Assembly (NCBI GenBank): GCA_965232515.1
Contig: CBDDPY010000002.1
Coordinates: 7,136,001-7,200,000 of the forward strand
Reading direction: 5' to 3'
Origin: Alphaproteobacteria bacterium
Lineage (GTDB): Bacteria > Pseudomonadota > Alphaproteobacteria > GCA-2731375
DNA: 64,000 nucleotides
Shown: positions 10,428-21,645 of the stretch, one piece after another
Layout of the letters: each line of letters starts with the position of its first letter
Position numbering within the stretch: position 1 is the first letter of the stretch
Notes under the pieces: model-generated
The model's database searches: none
What the model saw: only the letters and a program-made list of their open reading frames with translations
Told to the model about the DNA's origin: nothing
Made by a program: the position numbers and the translations under genes

Positions 10428-11257
10428 GGCAGAAAGTCCGCATCGAAGCCGTCGGGCTCGCATACCGGCTCGACGCGCGCCGCGCCGTATGGCGACCGGT
10501 CGCCGCGGAACAGGATGCCGATATTGAAACCGTCATCGGTCAGCACGCGCCGGGCGGCGCGGGCCCGGTCCGCGGTTTCCTGCACCGGCGCTGGGTGAAC
10601 CCGATTGCGCCAGTCGCGCTCCTCCGGCCGGAAGGTAACGCAGGGGCTCAGCACCTCGATCAACGAGAACCCGGGATGATTGATGGCTTCGACGATCAGC
10701 CGTGCCGTGCCGTTGCTGTCGCCCGAGAAACCACGGGCGACGAAGTTGGCGCCCGCGGCGAGCGCGATCACCAGCGGGTGGAACGGGCGCACGCCCGTGC
10801 CGCCCGGCATCATGGCGCTGTCCCACTCGGGATCGGTGGTCGGCGAGGGCTGGCCCTTGGTCATGCCGTAGACCTGGTTGTCCATGACGATGTAGGTGAG
10901 GTCGACGTTGCGCCTGCAGGCATGCAGGAAATGATTGCCGCCGATGGAATAGCCGTCGCCGTCGCCGCCGGCGACGATCACCGTAAGTTCCGGCCGGGCC
11001 AGCTTTACGCCGGTGGCCAGCGGCAGCGCGCGGCCGTGGACGCCGTGAAAGCCGTAGCAGGCGAGATAGGCCGGAATGCGCGACGAGCAGCCGATGCCGG
11101 AAACGACGACGATCTCCTCCGGCGGACGGCCGAGGGTCGCCAGGCCCTTGGTGACCGCGCTCAAGACGGTGAAGTCGCCGCAGCCCGGACACCAGACGGG
11201 CTTGACGTCGGACTTGAATTCGGCGGGCGTCCATTCGCAGGCGGTCGCGACGCTCAT
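10424..11257 (-). CDS. korB: 2-oxoacid (2-oxoglutarate):ferredoxin oxidoreductase beta subunit
   Basis: WCPGCGD, SGIGCS, HGRALP, TPP motif GGDGD, YGMTKGQPSPT and SPCVTF. Confidence 0.9.
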   Translation of the reverse strand: MSVATACEWTPAEFKSDVKPVWCPGCGDFTVLSAVTKGLATLGRPPEEIVVVSGIGCSSRIPAYLACYGFHGVHGRALPLATGVKLARPELTVIVAGGDGDGYSIGGNHFLHACRRNVDLTYIVMDNQVYGMTKGQPSPTTDPEWDSAMMPGGTGVRPFHPLVIALAAGANFVARGFSGDSNGTARLIVEAINHPGFSLIEVLSPCVTFRPEERDWRNRVHPAPVQETADRARAARRVLTDDGFNIGILFRGDRSPYGAARVEPVCEPDGFDADFLP

Positions 11258-12999
11258 TGCAGCCAGGCCTCCAGGTCGCGATGAAGCATGTCGGGGCGGA
11301 TCGGCACCGGGCCCGGCGACGCAAGCGAATCGGCGTCCGGCGTGAGCCCGTAATGCGCTCTGAGATAAGCATGGAGCTGGGCGCCGTGGCTCTGCTCGAC
11401 GACGATCGTACGTTCGACGCCATCGAGCGCGGCGGCCAGCAGGTCGGGTTGGGCGGGCGCCAGCAGCCGCAGCGCAATGACGCGCAGGCGCGTCGCCTGG
11501 GGATCGAGCCGGCGCACGGCGGCCCGGACCGGACCGACGGAGGAGCCCCAGGTGATCACCGCCGCATCGCCGTTGCCGGTGGTTTCCGCCCAATGCTCGC
11601 CGTAGTCGAAGCCGACGACCTTGCGCAGGCGTTTATCGAGTTGCTGGGCATGGTCCGCGGCCGCACTTGACGGCAGGCCGTCGACGGCGTGTTCCAGTCC
11701 GTCGGCCGTGTATTGACCGCCGGCCGTCCCCGGCAGCGCCATCGGCGAGATGCCGGACTCCGTCACGGCATAGCGCTGGTAGCCGCCGTTCAACTTGTCG
11801 GCGATCTCTCTGTCGGTCGGAAACGACGTGCCGGACGGCGCATCGACCGCCGTCAGCGCCTGGCCCAGGGACTGGTCCGACAACACGATTGCCGGCACCT
11901 GCATGGTCTCGGCAAGATGCACCGACCATTGCGCGGTGAAGACGCAGTCGCGGATCGAGACCGGCGCGGTCACGATGTGCGGCGCGTCGCCGTGCAGACC
12001 GTAAACCGCAAGGTTGAGGTCGGTCTGCTCGGACCGCGTCGGAATGCCGGTCGACGGACCGCAGCGCATCACGTCAACCACCACCAGCGGCACCTCGGCG
12101 GCCACCGCCAGACCGATCGACTCGGTCATCAGGGCCAGTCCCGGCCCCGACGTCGCGGTCAGGGCCGGCGTCCCGGCATAGGACGCGCCAATGATCATGT
12201 TGATCGAGGCCAATTCGTCCTCGGCCTGCGCCAGCGACCCGCCAAGCTTCTGGATGCGGGGCGCCATCCACTCGAGAATCTCGGTCGCCGGCGTGATCGG
12301 ATAGGCGGCGACGAACCGCACCCCGCCGCGCAGGGCACCTAGCCCGATCCCCTGATTGCCGCTGATCACCCAGGGGTCGCCCTGGCGCGCGGGCGGACGG
12401 CCGAGTTTCGGCGTCGCCGGCAGGTCCTTGGCCGCCTCGGCGCCAAGCGCAAGCGCACGCAGGCCATTGGCGACGGCATCGGCATCTTTTCCCGCCAACC
12501 GCTGTTCCGCCGCCGTCTCGACGACCGCGGTCGGCAGGCCGATCGCGGCGGCGACGGCGCCGAGCGCGATCACATTTGCGCGCACGCCCTTTTTCTGCTT
12601 GGCGATCGCGGCGAGATCGATCGCCGCCGTCCGGCATCCGGCGGCCGCCAGTGCCGCGGGGACGTCCGCCGTCGGCGCGGGCGAGACGACGAGGCTGTCG
12701 GCGTCGAGCGGGATCTCGCCGGCGAAACGATCGGCGTTGAGCCAGTCGATGGCGACGACCAGGTCGAAGCGGTCGGCCTGCGCGTCGACCGGCGCATTGG
12801 AGATCACAATGAACGCGGCCGCTTCGCCGCCGCGGATCTGCGGGCCGAACGATTTCGTCAGGAGGGCGTAGTAGCCCGCCTTCGCCGCGCCCCGCAGCAG
12901 CAGTTCCGCCGCCGTCATCACGCCGGAACCGCCGCTGCCGAGCAGGGCCACGGCGATACTCTGTAGCGGCTCCTGGGATTTGGCGCGTGTCGCTGGCAT
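11254..12999 (-). CDS. korA: 2-oxoacid (2-oxoglutarate):ferredoxin oxidoreductase alpha subunit (fused gamma-alpha)
   Basis: GSGGSGV, GPQIRGGE, YPITPATE, EDELA, TSGPGL and GPSTGIPT. KGOR is the established ferredoxin-reducing partner of class I BCR in Thauera. Confidence 0.9.
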   Translation of the reverse strand: MPATRAKSQEPLQSIAVALLGSGGSGVMTAAELLLRGAAKAGYYALLTKSFGPQIRGGEAAAFIVISNAPVDAQADRFDLVVAIDWLNADRFAGEIPLDADSLVVSPAPTADVPAALAAAGCRTAAIDLAAIAKQKKGVRANVIALGAVAAAIGLPTAVVETAAEQRLAGKDADAVANGLRALALGAEAAKDLPATPKLGRPPARQGDPWVISGNQGIGLGALRGGVRFVAAYPITPATEILEWMAPRIQKLGGSLAQAEDELASINMIIGASYAGTPALTATSGPGLALMTESIGLAVAAEVPLVVVDVMRCGPSTGIPTRSEQTDLNLAVYGLHGDAPHIVTAPVSIRDCVFTAQWSVHLAETMQVPAIVLSDQSLGQALTAVDAPSGTSFPTDREIADKLNGGYQRYAVTESGISPMALPGTAGGQYTADGLEHAVDGLPSSAAADHAQQLDKRLRKVVGFDYGEHWAETTGNGDAAVITWGSSVGPVRAAVRRLDPQATRLRVIALRLLAPAQPDLLAAALDGVERTIVVEQSHGAQLHAYLRAHYGLTPDADSLASPGPVPIRPDMLHRDLEAWLQ

Positions 13000-13071
13000 C
13001 GAATTCGGGCCCACTCACCGTCGTTCGGTGAACCGACGTTCCGCCGGCTCGTTTCGGGAGATCATCCCCGC

Positions 13072-13107
13072 TTGCATCTAAAATCGTAATTTGGTACTCT
13101 AATACGA
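13072..13107 (+). promoter_or_regulatory. Sigma70-like promoter TTGCAT-N17-TACTCT for dch-bcr, overlapped by operator copy 2 (TCGTAAT-TTG-GTAC-TCT-AATACGA, 13084-13107)
   Basis: Read directly in the AT-rich korA/dch divergent intergenic region. Confidence 0.68.
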
Positions 13108-13257
13108 AATTAAATGAAAAAGGCACTTTCGTCAAGCCTGCGAACATGCCGAACCGAGGCCGGAAGCCGGGGACGAGATGACGCGAATAGCAACGGTAGG
13201 GCCAACAACAGCAGACCGCTCATTGTCGGCGGCGGCGCCTCGTCAAGGCGCGAGCGC

Positions 13258-14028
13258 ATGAGCCGGCCGCCGCTGACGGTCTGGGTCGAGCGCGACGGCG
13301 CGCTTTTGCGGCTGCGGCTGGCGCGGCCCAAGGCAAACATCATCGATGCGGCCATGATCGCGGCCATCGACCAGGCACTGGCGACGTATCTCGACAACGG
13401 CGATCTGCGCGCCGTGCTGATCGACGCGGAGGGGCCGCATTTCAGTTTCGGCGCCAGTGTCGAGGAGCATCTGCCGGCGCAATGCGCCGAGATGCTGGCG
13501 GCATTGCATGGCTTGATCGGCCGGATGGTCGCATCGCCGGTGCCGTTGCTTGTGGCGGTGACGGGGCAATGCCTTGGCGGCGGTCTGGAACTCGCCGCCG
13601 CGGGCCATCTGATTTTCGCCGGGCGCGATGCCATGTTCGGACAACCGGAGATCAGGATCGGCGTTTTCGCGCCGGCCGCTTCCGTGCTGCTGCCCGAGCG
13701 TATCGGCCGCATGCGGGCGGAAGCGCTGTTGTTGTCCGGCGGCAGTATCGATGCGGACACGGCCGAGCGATACGGCCTGGCCATCGGCGTCTCGGACGAT
13801 CCGGCGGCCGCGGCGCTGGAATTCTTCGACCGCGACCTTGCCGGCAAGAGCGCCAGTTCCCTGCGCTTTGCCGTGCGCGCGGCGCGAGAAGCCTTCGCTG
13901 CGGAGGTCCGCACGCGCCTGCAAGCGGTCGAGGCGCTCTACCTCGATGAACTGATGCAAACCCGGGACGCCGTGGAAGGCCTGGACGCGTTCCTGGCCAA
14001 ACGTCCCGCACGCTGGGAGAACTGCTGA
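13258..14028 (+). CDS. dch: Cyclohexa-1,5-diene-1-carbonyl-CoA hydratase
   Basis: Crotonase fold with Dch-typical LLRLRLARPKANIIDAAMI and HFSFGASVEEH; immediately upstream of bcrC. Confidence 0.88.
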   Translation: MSRPPLTVWVERDGALLRLRLARPKANIIDAAMIAAIDQALATYLDNGDLRAVLIDAEGPHFSFGASVEEHLPAQCAEMLAALHGLIGRMVASPVPLLVAVTGQCLGGGLELAAAGHLIFAGRDAMFGQPEIRIGVFAPAASVLLPERIGRMRAEALLLSGGSIDADTAERYGLAIGVSDDPAAAALEFFDRDLAGKSASSLRFAVRAAREAFAAEVRTRLQAVEALYLDELMQTRDAVEGLDAFLAKRPARWENC

Positions 14029-14029
14029 C

Positions 14030-15193
14030 ATGTCGACAGCGGACATCGTCGCGCGCTGTCAGGCGCTCTATGACGACCTCGACTTCACCGCGGTGAAGGA
14101 CTGGAAGGCCGCGGCGCCAGACCGCAAGGTGGTCGGTTACATGCCGGTCTACGTGCCGCGCGAGTTGATCCATGCCGCCGGCATGCTGCCCGTCGGCATC
14201 CTCGGCGGCGGCGACCAGCTCGAAGTGATCCACGGCGACGCGTACTATCAGAGCTACATCTGCCGCATCCCGCGCTCGACCATCGAGCTCGGCGTCACCG
14301 GTCGGCTGGATGTGCTCGACGGCGTGTTGTTCCCCAGCATCTGCGACGTGATCCGCAACCTGTCGGGCATGTGGCAGATGATGTTCAAGGACAAGTATGT
14401 CCGCTATTTCGACGTGCCCCAGAATTACGAGGACACCGTCGGCGGGCGTTTCTACGTGCACGAGCTGGAGATCCTGCGCGACGACCTGGCCGGGCTTGCC
14501 GGCCGCGAGATCACGGATGACGATCTGCGCCGCTCCATCGCGGTCTACAACGCCAACCGCGCGGCGATCCGGAAGCTCTACGACTTCCGCGCGGCGAAGC
14601 CCTGGCTGGCGCCGACCGCGGAGGTCTACCTGCTGGTGCGCGCCGGCATGGTGCTGCCCGTCGAGGAGCATACGCAACTGATCGACGACTATCTGGTCGC
14701 CGCCGCGGAAGAAGACCGGCCGATGCGCGATAATTGCCGGATCGTGCTGAACGGTGTGTTCTGCGAGCAGCCGCCGCTGGGTCTGATCAAGTCGATCGAG
14801 ATGGCCGGGTGCTACATCGTCGACGACGATTTCATGCTGGTGACCCGGTGGTTGCTGGACGAGGTGCCCACCGACGGCGATCCGCTGCGGAACCTGTCGG
14901 ACGGGTTCCTGCATCACTCCGCGTCCACCGCCGCGAAATACGAAGCCCGACGCGAGGACAAGGGGCGCTTCCTGCTCGATTCCGTGCGCAAGAGCGCGGC
15001 GGAGGGCGTGATCTTCGCCGCGCCGAGCTTCTGCGACCCGGCGCTGTTGGAGCGCCCGATGCAGCAGCGTGCGTTGCTGAACGAAGACGTGCCCTACACG
15101 GCGTTCAAATACGCCGAAAACTCCGGCCAGATGCAGCCGATCCGAGAGCAGGCCGGAACCTTCGCCGATTCCATCAAGCTTTGGAGCGCCTGA
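14030..15193 (+). CDS. bcrC: Benzoyl-CoA reductase subunit C (BadD)
   Basis: HGDAYYQSYICRIPRS, FPSICDVIRNLSG, SFCDPALLE and EQAGTFADSIKLW. Confidence 0.93.
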   Translation: MSTADIVARCQALYDDLDFTAVKDWKAAAPDRKVVGYMPVYVPRELIHAAGMLPVGILGGGDQLEVIHGDAYYQSYICRIPRSTIELGVTGRLDVLDGVLFPSICDVIRNLSGMWQMMFKDKYVRYFDVPQNYEDTVGGRFYVHELEILRDDLAGLAGREITDDDLRRSIAVYNANRAAIRKLYDFRAAKPWLAPTAEVYLLVRAGMVLPVEEHTQLIDDYLVAAAEEDRPMRDNCRIVLNGVFCEQPPLGLIKSIEMAGCYIVDDDFMLVTRWLLDEVPTDGDPLRNLSDGFLHHSASTAAKYEARREDKGRFLLDSVRKSAAEGVIFAAPSFCDPALLERPMQQRALLNEDVPYTAFKYAENSGQMQPIREQAGTFADSIKLWSA

Positions 15194-16488
15194 TGCCCAG
15201 CCCCAGCAAAGACCAGCCTGCCGTGCAGAAGGAAGATTCGATGCTGCGGCAGAAGCGCATGATCAACGCCAACTACGCGGCCCTGGCGAGCGCCCATGAG
15301 GACGGCAAGAAAGTCGTCTCGACCTTCGTGCCGGGCAATCTCAATGAGCTGCTGATGTGTTTCGATCTCGTGCGTAACCTGCCCGAGACCAACGCCCTGC
15401 AGAACGGCCTGCGCAAGAAGAGCGGCCGCATGATCATGGAGGCCGAGCGCGGCGGCCATTCCGAAGACGTCTGCACCTATGTGAAGGCCGATATCGGCAT
15501 GATGATGCAGGGCAATGTGGGGCCGACCGGCGAGCCGCTGCCGACGCCCGACCTGCTGCTGCTGTCCTATACCGGCTGCTTCACCTTCATGAAGTGGTTC
15601 GAGCTGGTCCGCGACCAGTACGACTGCGAGACCGCCATGCTGCATGTGCCGTATCAGGGCGACGGCGCGATCACCGACAACATGCGGGACTATGTGGTCA
15701 AGCAGCTCAAAGACGACGTGATCCCGACGCTGGAGCGCGTCAGCGGGGTCAAGTTCGACATCGACCGTCTGCGGCAATACCTCGCCGAGTCGGCGAAGGC
15801 TGAGCAGTATCTGGTCCAGGTGCTGCAGTCGGCCAAGCGCACGCCATCGCCGATCGATGCCTATTTCGGCGGCGTCTATTATATCGGGCCGATCTTTACC
15901 GCCTTCCGCGGCACCGAGGACGCCACCGCCTACTACAAGGTCCTCTGGCAGGAGATCGAGGAGCGTATCGCCCAGGGCAAGGGGCCGATCACGCCCGAAG
16001 GCGAGCTCGACGAGGAGCGATATCGTCTCGTCGTCGAGGGGCCGCCCAACTGGACGAGCTTCCGCGACTTCTGGAAGATGTTCTACGACGAGGGCGCGGT
16101 GGTGGTGGCCAGCACCTACACCAAGGTCGGCGGCGTCTACGACTTCGGCTTCCGGCACGATCCGGCGCGGCCGCTGGAGTCGCTGGCCGATTACTGCCTC
16201 GGTTGCTACACCAATCTCAACCTGCCCACCCGGGTCGACATGCTGTGCCGCTACATCGAGGACTATCAGGCCGACGGCCTGCTGGTGAACTCGATCAAGA
16301 GCTGCAACAGCTTTTCGGCCGGCCAGCTGCTGATGCTGCGCGAGGTCGAGGCGCGCACGGGCAAGCCCGCCGCCTTCATCGAGACCGACCTGGTCGACCC
16401 GAGATACTTCTCCGCCGCCAACGTGAAAAACCGGCTGGAGAGCTATTTCCAGATGATCCAGCAGAAACGCACGCGACCGGCGGCGTGA
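15193..16488 (+). CDS. bcrB: Benzoyl-CoA reductase subunit B (BadE)
   Basis: [34 protein letters not shown] and [12 protein letters not shown]. Confidence 0.93.
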   Translation: MPSPSKDQPAVQKEDSMLRQKRMINANYAALASAHEDGKKVVSTFVPGNLNELLMCFDLVRNLPETNALQNGLRKKSGRMIMEAERGGHSEDVCTYVKADIGMMMQGNVGPTGEPLPTPDLLLLSYTGCFTFMKWFELVRDQYDCETAMLHVPYQGDGAITDNMRDYVVKQLKDDVIPTLERVSGVKFDIDRLRQYLAESAKAEQYLVQVLQSAKRTPSPIDAYFGGVYYIGPIFTAFRGTEDATAYYKVLWQEIEERIAQGKGPITPEGELDEERYRLVVEGPPNWTSFRDFWKMFYDEGAVVVASTYTKVGGVYDFGFRHDPARPLESLADYCLGCYTNLNLPTRVDMLCRYIEDYQADGLLVNSIKSCNSFSAGQLLMLREVEARTGKPAAFIETDLVDPRYFSAANVKNRLESYFQMIQQKRTRPAA

Positions 16489-16502
16489 GGGGAGGGGCGA
16501 TC

Positions 16503-17816
16503 ATGCGCTGCTTCATCGGCATCGACCTCGGTTCCACCACCACCAAGGCCGTCGTCCTCGACGAGCAACTGGAGGTGCTGGGCCAGGGCATTACCAATTC
16601 ACGCTCGAACTACGACATCGCGGCGGAAGTGGCGAAGCAGGAAGCGCTGGTGAACGCGCGCTTCCACCTGTTCCGCCGTTCGCTGGACGGGATCCCGGCC
16701 CTGTCGCAGCGGCTCGACGAGTTCCTGCTGCAGCTCGAGCTCGATTTCCGCCTGGAGCAGTTTCTGGAGCAGCTCGCCGACCTGCGGGAGACCTGTCTCG
16801 CCAACGCGTCGGCGGAGCGGTTCAAGACACTGGCCGCGCCCCTGCAGGACGTGCTGCGCGAGATATTCGGCCGGCTGATAGAAGAGGCGCCGGAGCTGTT
16901 CCGACCGGGCGTCAAGCGGAAGTCGGATTTCTTTCGAGACATCGCCGGCTCGCGCTATCTCGCCGTCGGCGAGGAGATCGCCAAGACGGCGAAGCTGCCG
17001 TTCGACACGGTGCTCAACGTCTACGACCGCTCGATCATCGACGTCGAGAACCGCGTCTATACCGACGGCGTCAGCGCCAAACTGCTGAAGGCGCTGGACC
17101 GCACCCTTGTCGTCCTGCCCGACCTCAGCGCCGCCGGCACTGCCGTGCGCGCGGCCGTCGAAGATGTGCTGATGCTGGAGCTGGAGGAAGCCTACGTGGT
17201 CGGCACCGGCTACGGCCGCGCCCGCCTGCCGTTCTCCAAGGAACACATCCGTTCGGAAATTCTCTGTCACGGACTCGGTGCCCATGTGATGTATCCGGAC
17301 ACCCGGACCGTGCTCGATATCGGCGGCCAGGACACCAAGGCGATCCAGGTCGATCCCGACGGCATCGTCGAGAACTTCCAGATGAACGACCGCTGCGCCG
17401 CCGGCTGCGGGCGCTATCTCGGCTACATCGCCGACGAGATGAATGTCGGCCTGCACGAGCTCGGGCCGATGGCGATGGGGGCGACGCGCACGGTCCGGAT
17501 CAATTCCACCTGCACCGTGTTCGCCGGCGCCGAATTGCGCGACCGGCTGGCGCTGGGCGAAAAGCGCGAGGACGTCCTGGCCGGCCTGCACCGCGCCATC
17601 ATTCTTCGCGCCATGTCGATCCTGTCGCGCTCCGGCGGCATCCGCGACCAGTTCACCTTCACCGGCGGCGTCGCCAACAACGAGGCCGCCGTGAAAGCTC
17701 TCGACCTGCTGGTGCGGGAAAACTACGGCGACGTCACGATCAATATCGATCCGGCGTCGATCTTCACCGGCGCGCTTGGCGCCGCAACGTTCGCCCATCG
17801 GGCGATGGAGCACTGA
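16503..17816 (+). CDS. bcrA: Benzoyl-CoA reductase subunit A (BadF), ASKHA ATPase
   Basis: [34 protein letters not shown] and NSTCTVFA. Confidence 0.93.
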   Translation: MRCFIGIDLGSTTTKAVVLDEQLEVLGQGITNSRSNYDIAAEVAKQEALVNARFHLFRRSLDGIPALSQRLDEFLLQLELDFRLEQFLEQLADLRETCLANASAERFKTLAAPLQDVLREIFGRLIEEAPELFRPGVKRKSDFFRDIAGSRYLAVGEEIAKTAKLPFDTVLNVYDRSIIDVENRVYTDGVSAKLLKALDRTLVVLPDLSAAGTAVRAAVEDVLMLELEEAYVVGTGYGRARLPFSKEHIRSEILCHGLGAHVMYPDTRTVLDIGGQDTKAIQVDPDGIVENFQMNDRCAAGCGRYLGYIADEMNVGLHELGPMAMGATRTVRINSTCTVFAGAELRDRLALGEKREDVLAGLHRAIILRAMSILSRSGGIRDQFTFTGGVANNEAAVKALDLLVRENYGDVTINIDPASIFTGALGAATFAHRAMEH

Positions 17817-17817
17817 G

Positions 17818-18660
17818 ATGGTGATCACGGCAGGCATCGACATCGGCACCGGCGGCGTCAAGACCGCTCTATTCCGCATCGACGGCGATCAGGTGGAATG
17901 GCTCGACCGACAGTCCGAGCGCATCCGCCGCCGCGATCCGATGGCACTGGCCGAGGCGGCCTACCACCGGATGCTCGAGAACCACGGTCTGACGCATGAC
18001 GACGTCGCCTATGTGGCGACAACGGGCGAAGGCGAGAACGTGCCCTACCGGACCGGCCATTTCTATTCCATGACCACCCATGCGCGGGGCGCGGTCTATC
18101 TCAATCCGGACGCGCGCGCCGTGCTCGATGTCGGTGCGCTGCACGGCCGGGCGATCCGCATCGACGAGCGCGGCAAAGTGCTGTCCTACAAGATGACCAG
18201 TCAGTGCGCTTCCGGCTCCGGCCAGTTCCTGGAGAACATCGCCCGTTACCTCGGTGTCGCATTCGACGAGATCGGCACCCTGTCGCAGCAGGCCGACGAT
18301 CCGGAAAAGGTCAGCGGCATCTGCGCCGTGCTGGCCGAGACCGATGTCATCAACATGGTCTCGCGTGGCATCTCGACGGCCAACATCCTGCGCGGCATCC
18401 ACGAATCCATGGCCGGTCGGCTGGTCAAGCTGCTGAAGTCGATCAAGGTCGGCGACGGCATCGCGCTGATGACCGGCGGTCTCGCCCATGACGAGGGGCT
18501 GCTGGCGGCCATGCGGGACGAGATAGTGGAGCAGAAGCTGGGGATCGGCGTCGACAACAATCCGGATTCGATCTTTGCCGGCGCCATCGGCGCGGCGCTA
18601 TGGGGCGCGTTCCGCCATGAGAAGCTCGCGCAACTGGGGCAACTGGCCGAGGCGTCCTGA
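17818..18660 (+). CDS. bcrD: Benzoyl-CoA reductase subunit D (BadG), ASKHA ATPase
   Basis: GIDIGTG, TTGEGE, MTSQCASGSG and GICAVLAE. Confidence 0.93.
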   Translation: MVITAGIDIGTGGVKTALFRIDGDQVEWLDRQSERIRRRDPMALAEAAYHRMLENHGLTHDDVAYVATTGEGENVPYRTGHFYSMTTHARGAVYLNPDARAVLDVGALHGRAIRIDERGKVLSYKMTSQCASGSGQFLENIARYLGVAFDEIGTLSQQADDPEKVSGICAVLAETDVINMVSRGISTANILRGIHESMAGRLVKLLKSIKVGDGIALMTGGLAHDEGLLAAMRDEIVEQKLGIGVDNNPDSIFAGAIGAALWGAFRHEKLAQLGQLAEAS

Positions 18661-18957
<297 letters not shown>

Positions 18958-18963
18958 ACCGCC

Positions 18964-19506
18964 TTAGGCGACTGTCTTCTCAAACACCAGGCGTTGTGCG
19001 CCACGAAAGCCGCAGCGGTAGAGAAAACCGAGGAGGTCGAGATCGTCCTCGGCGACGTTGGTTTCGACCCGCTCGACCTGCAGGGCCGCCAGGTTGACGA
19101 ACAGCTGTGACAGCAGGGCCTTGCCGATGCCGTGACGCCGGTGGCCCGGGTCGATGCCGATCGTATCGATCACGGCGACCGGCGCCGTGTGGCCATAATC
19201 GCCGAAATCGATCCGCGCCATGACATAGCCGGCCGGCAGGCCGTCGACCTGTGCGACCAGCGACACCCGGATACCGGAATCGTGCAAGGATTCGGCGACC
19301 TTTCGTGCCATGTAGTCCCGGCTGTCGCGGCCGGTGATGTTCCGGTCGATGCGGGCCAGCGCCGGCACGTCGTCCGCGGTCATGGAGCGCACGTCGATCC
19401 GGTCGCGCGAAAGGCTATCGGTGTCGTCCGTGACGGTCCGGCCATAGTCGACCTCCGGCGGTGCGTCCAGATTTGCCGGAATGTGCAGGCGTGACCGTTC
19501 GGTCAT
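18964..19506 (-). CDS. GNAT N-acetyltransferase
   Basis: IDTIGIDPGHRRHGIGKALL motif A. Confidence 0.82.
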   Translation of the reverse strand: MTERSRLHIPANLDAPPEVDYGRTVTDDTDSLSRDRIDVRSMTADDVPALARIDRNITGRDSRDYMARKVAESLHDSGIRVSLVAQVDGLPAGYVMARIDFGDYGHTAPVAVIDTIGIDPGHRRHGIGKALLSQLFVNLAALQVERVETNVAEDDLDLLGFLYRCGFRGAQRLVFEKTVA

Positions 19507-19521
19507 GATCGACCTCCGAAA

Positions 19522-20004
19522 TCAGAAATCCGGCGACGGGCCGACGGCACACCGCAGGACCGTCCGCCGCGCCAGGGAAAAGCCGTCGCGGTCGAGCAGG
19601 CGCAGCAGATCGTGGGCGCGCCAGTCGACCTCGGTTTGCAGGCGCCGAAGCCCACGCTGCTGCATCTCGGCTTCGAGGGCCGTCAGCAGCATTTGCCCGG
19701 CGCCATGGCGTCGTCGCGCCGGATCCACGTCGATGACCTCGAGGACAACGGCGTCGTCGGCGGCGCCATACTCGCCGGACAGCACGCGGGCGAGGATGAA
19801 GCCCGCGAGACCGTCGGCACCATCGACGGCCAGCTGGATATGCGTCGACGGCTCGCGCTTTGCCGCGGCCAGCCGCCGCTCGAAATAGCCGCGGCGCGAC
19901 TGGCCGGTGATCGCCTTGTCGATCGCGATCGCCGGTTCGAGATCGTCAGGCCTCAGCCGGCGAACGGACTCGACGCCGCCGGGTTCCGCTTGCGCATCTG
20001 TCAT
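19522..20004 (-). CDS. GNAT N-acetyltransferase
   Basis: IDVDPARRRHGAGQMLL motif A; paralogous to the neighbouring GNAT. Confidence 0.82.
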   Translation of the reverse strand: MTDAQAEPGGVESVRRLRPDDLEPAIAIDKAITGQSRRGYFERRLAAAKREPSTHIQLAVDGADGLAGFILARVLSGEYGAADDAVVLEVIDVDPARRRHGAGQMLLTALEAEMQQRGLRRLQTEVDWRAHDLLRLLDRDGFSLARRTVLRCAVGPSPDF

Positions 20005-20044
20005 ATGTCGCCTCGCCGTTCCATTCCTTTCCCCGCCATGCCTG

Positions 20045-20545
20045 TCAGGCCTGGGCGTAATCGACCGCGAGCGCGCGGTCGATGTCCTCGTCCAAAAGCT
20101 CGTCGATCAGCGGCACCAGCCCCATTTCCTCTTTCTCGATGTGGTCGGTGAGCTGGGCCGCCAGATCGAGACCGGTCCGGCGGAAACGCGCCCAGGCGGC
20201 CGCATCGAACCCGTCCGAGCGGTGCTTTTTCGCCAGGGCCACCATGTCGCGCGCCAACGGCAGAATGACGTCGTGCTCGTCCTGCAGCATGGCCAGCATG
20301 TCGCCCTGGCCATTCTGCTCGAGCAGCGGGAACAGTTCGGCTTCCTCGAATCGGAAGTGCCTGGGGATCTCGCCGCCGAGAACGGAAATCATTTCGCCCA
20401 GCAGCGCGCGGATCTCGACGTCGTTTAGCGCCGGGGGTGCGTCGGCTGCGTGGGACAGCAGCAGTTTCTCGGCGCGGCCCAGCAGTGTCCGAGCCGCCAT
20501 GTGCTCGTCGTGCAGAATTCGCGCCGTAGCCGATGTGGCATCCAT
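20045..20545 (-). CDS. Hemerythrin (HHE cation-binding) domain protein
   Basis: LHDEH, HFRFEEAELFP, LQDEH and HIEKEEMGLVP di-iron motifs. Confidence 0.85.
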   Translation of the reverse strand: MDATSATARILHDEHMAARTLLGRAEKLLLSHAADAPPALNDVEIRALLGEMISVLGGEIPRHFRFEEAELFPLLEQNGQGDMLAMLQDEHDVILPLARDMVALAKKHRSDGFDAAAWARFRRTGLDLAAQLTDHIEKEEMGLVPLIDELLDEDIDRALAVDYAQA

Positions 20546-20573
20546 GCCTTGTTCCGACTCGTCATGAATAAAT

Positions 20574-20597
20574 ACGTAATTTAGTACGATAATACCA
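20574..20597. promoter_or_regulatory. Putative operator copy 3, ACGTAAT-TTA-GTAC-GAT-AATACCA, upstream of the hemerythrin-GNAT-GNAT genes
   Basis: AT-rich patch matching the 24-bp palindrome; overlaps a candidate minus-strand TTGAAC-N16-TATTAT promoter. Confidence 0.65.
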
Positions 20598-20647
20598 TAA
20601 TTATGTTGTCGTTCAAGCTTCGGCCCCGCATTGAGGCGGCGCCACAA

Positions 20648-21631
20648 TTACCCACGCGCGGTCGCCAGGTCGCGCACCATCCGTTGCGCCAGCGCTGCCG
20701 CGGCTTGTCGACGGTAGTTCGAGGCGATCAAGGTCGTGCGCATCGGGCTCACCTGTTTTTGCACCAGCTTACCGAGGCGCCGTAGCAGGTCGTCGTCGAC
20801 CGGGCCGCCGACGAGGTCTTCGGTGCCCGACAGGACGATCGGGCGGCAACCGGTTCCCGTCAGCGCGACCCGCAGGCTGGCCAGCGCCTCGTCCTTCATG
20901 CGGAGCAGAACCGCGACGCCCGCCAGCGGAAAGTCGATCGCGCCGCGCCCGCCGATCTTTCGGTAGGCGCCGATGGCGCCGGGTATGGGTGGCGGTATGC
21001 GCACGGCGACGACGATTTCGTCGGCGGCCAAATCGAGATGCGCAGCGCCATCGTCGACATAGAGGTCCGCCAGCGGTATCCGCCGTGCGAGATCGCCGCC
21101 GGCAATCTCCACCGCCGCGCCGAGCGCCATCAACGCCGGCGGCATGTCGGCGCTGAAGGCGGCATGACAGCGCTGTCCGGTCGGCGCGACATGGCAGGTC
21201 TCGCCGCGATGCTTGAGACAGTAACCGGCGCTTCGCCGCCACCATTCGCTTTGGTCATAGAAGATACAGCGCGTATCGAGACAGAGATTGCCGCCAACCG
21301 TCGCCGCCGACCGATGCGCCGGCGCGGCAATTGTCATGACCGCCTGGACCAGGATCGGGTGGTCCTGGGCGATGGTCTGGTCGGCCGCGACGTCGGTAAG
21401 CGTCACGGCGCTGCCGATGTGCAGTCCATCGTCATCGTGCCTGATGCAGCGCAGCGGCCCGATCGCCGAAAGGTCGACCAATGTCTCCGGCGTCGTCAGA
21501 CCGCGGCGAATAGCTGGCATCAGTCCCGTGCCGCCGCCGAACGGTCTGGCGTTCCGCCGTTCGCGCAACATGAGGACGGCCTCATCGATCGACGTCGGTT
21601 GCAGCACGGCGAAATCGGGAAGCTGTTCCAT
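20648..21631 (-). CDS. hcrB: 4-hydroxybenzoyl-CoA reductase beta (FAD/4Fe-4S) subunit
   Basis: GGGTGL FAD loop; GGNLCLDTRC...CLK...CH...C 4Fe-4S insert characteristic of HcrB; AIDFPLAGVA. Confidence 0.9.
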   Translation of the reverse strand: MEQLPDFAVLQPTSIDEAVLMLRERRNARPFGGGTGLMPAIRRGLTTPETLVDLSAIGPLRCIRHDDDGLHIGSAVTLTDVAADQTIAQDHPILVQAVMTIAAPAHRSAATVGGNLCLDTRCIFYDQSEWWRRSAGYCLKHRGETCHVAPTGQRCHAAFSADMPPALMALGAAVEIAGGDLARRIPLADLYVDDGAAHLDLAADEIVVAVRIPPPIPGAIGAYRKIGGRGAIDFPLAGVAVLLRMKDEALASLRVALTGTGCRPIVLSGTEDLVGGPVDDDLLRRLGKLVQKQVSPMRTTLIASNYRRQAAAALAQRMVRDLATARG

Positions 21632-21645
21632 TGGTGGTTTCCCGT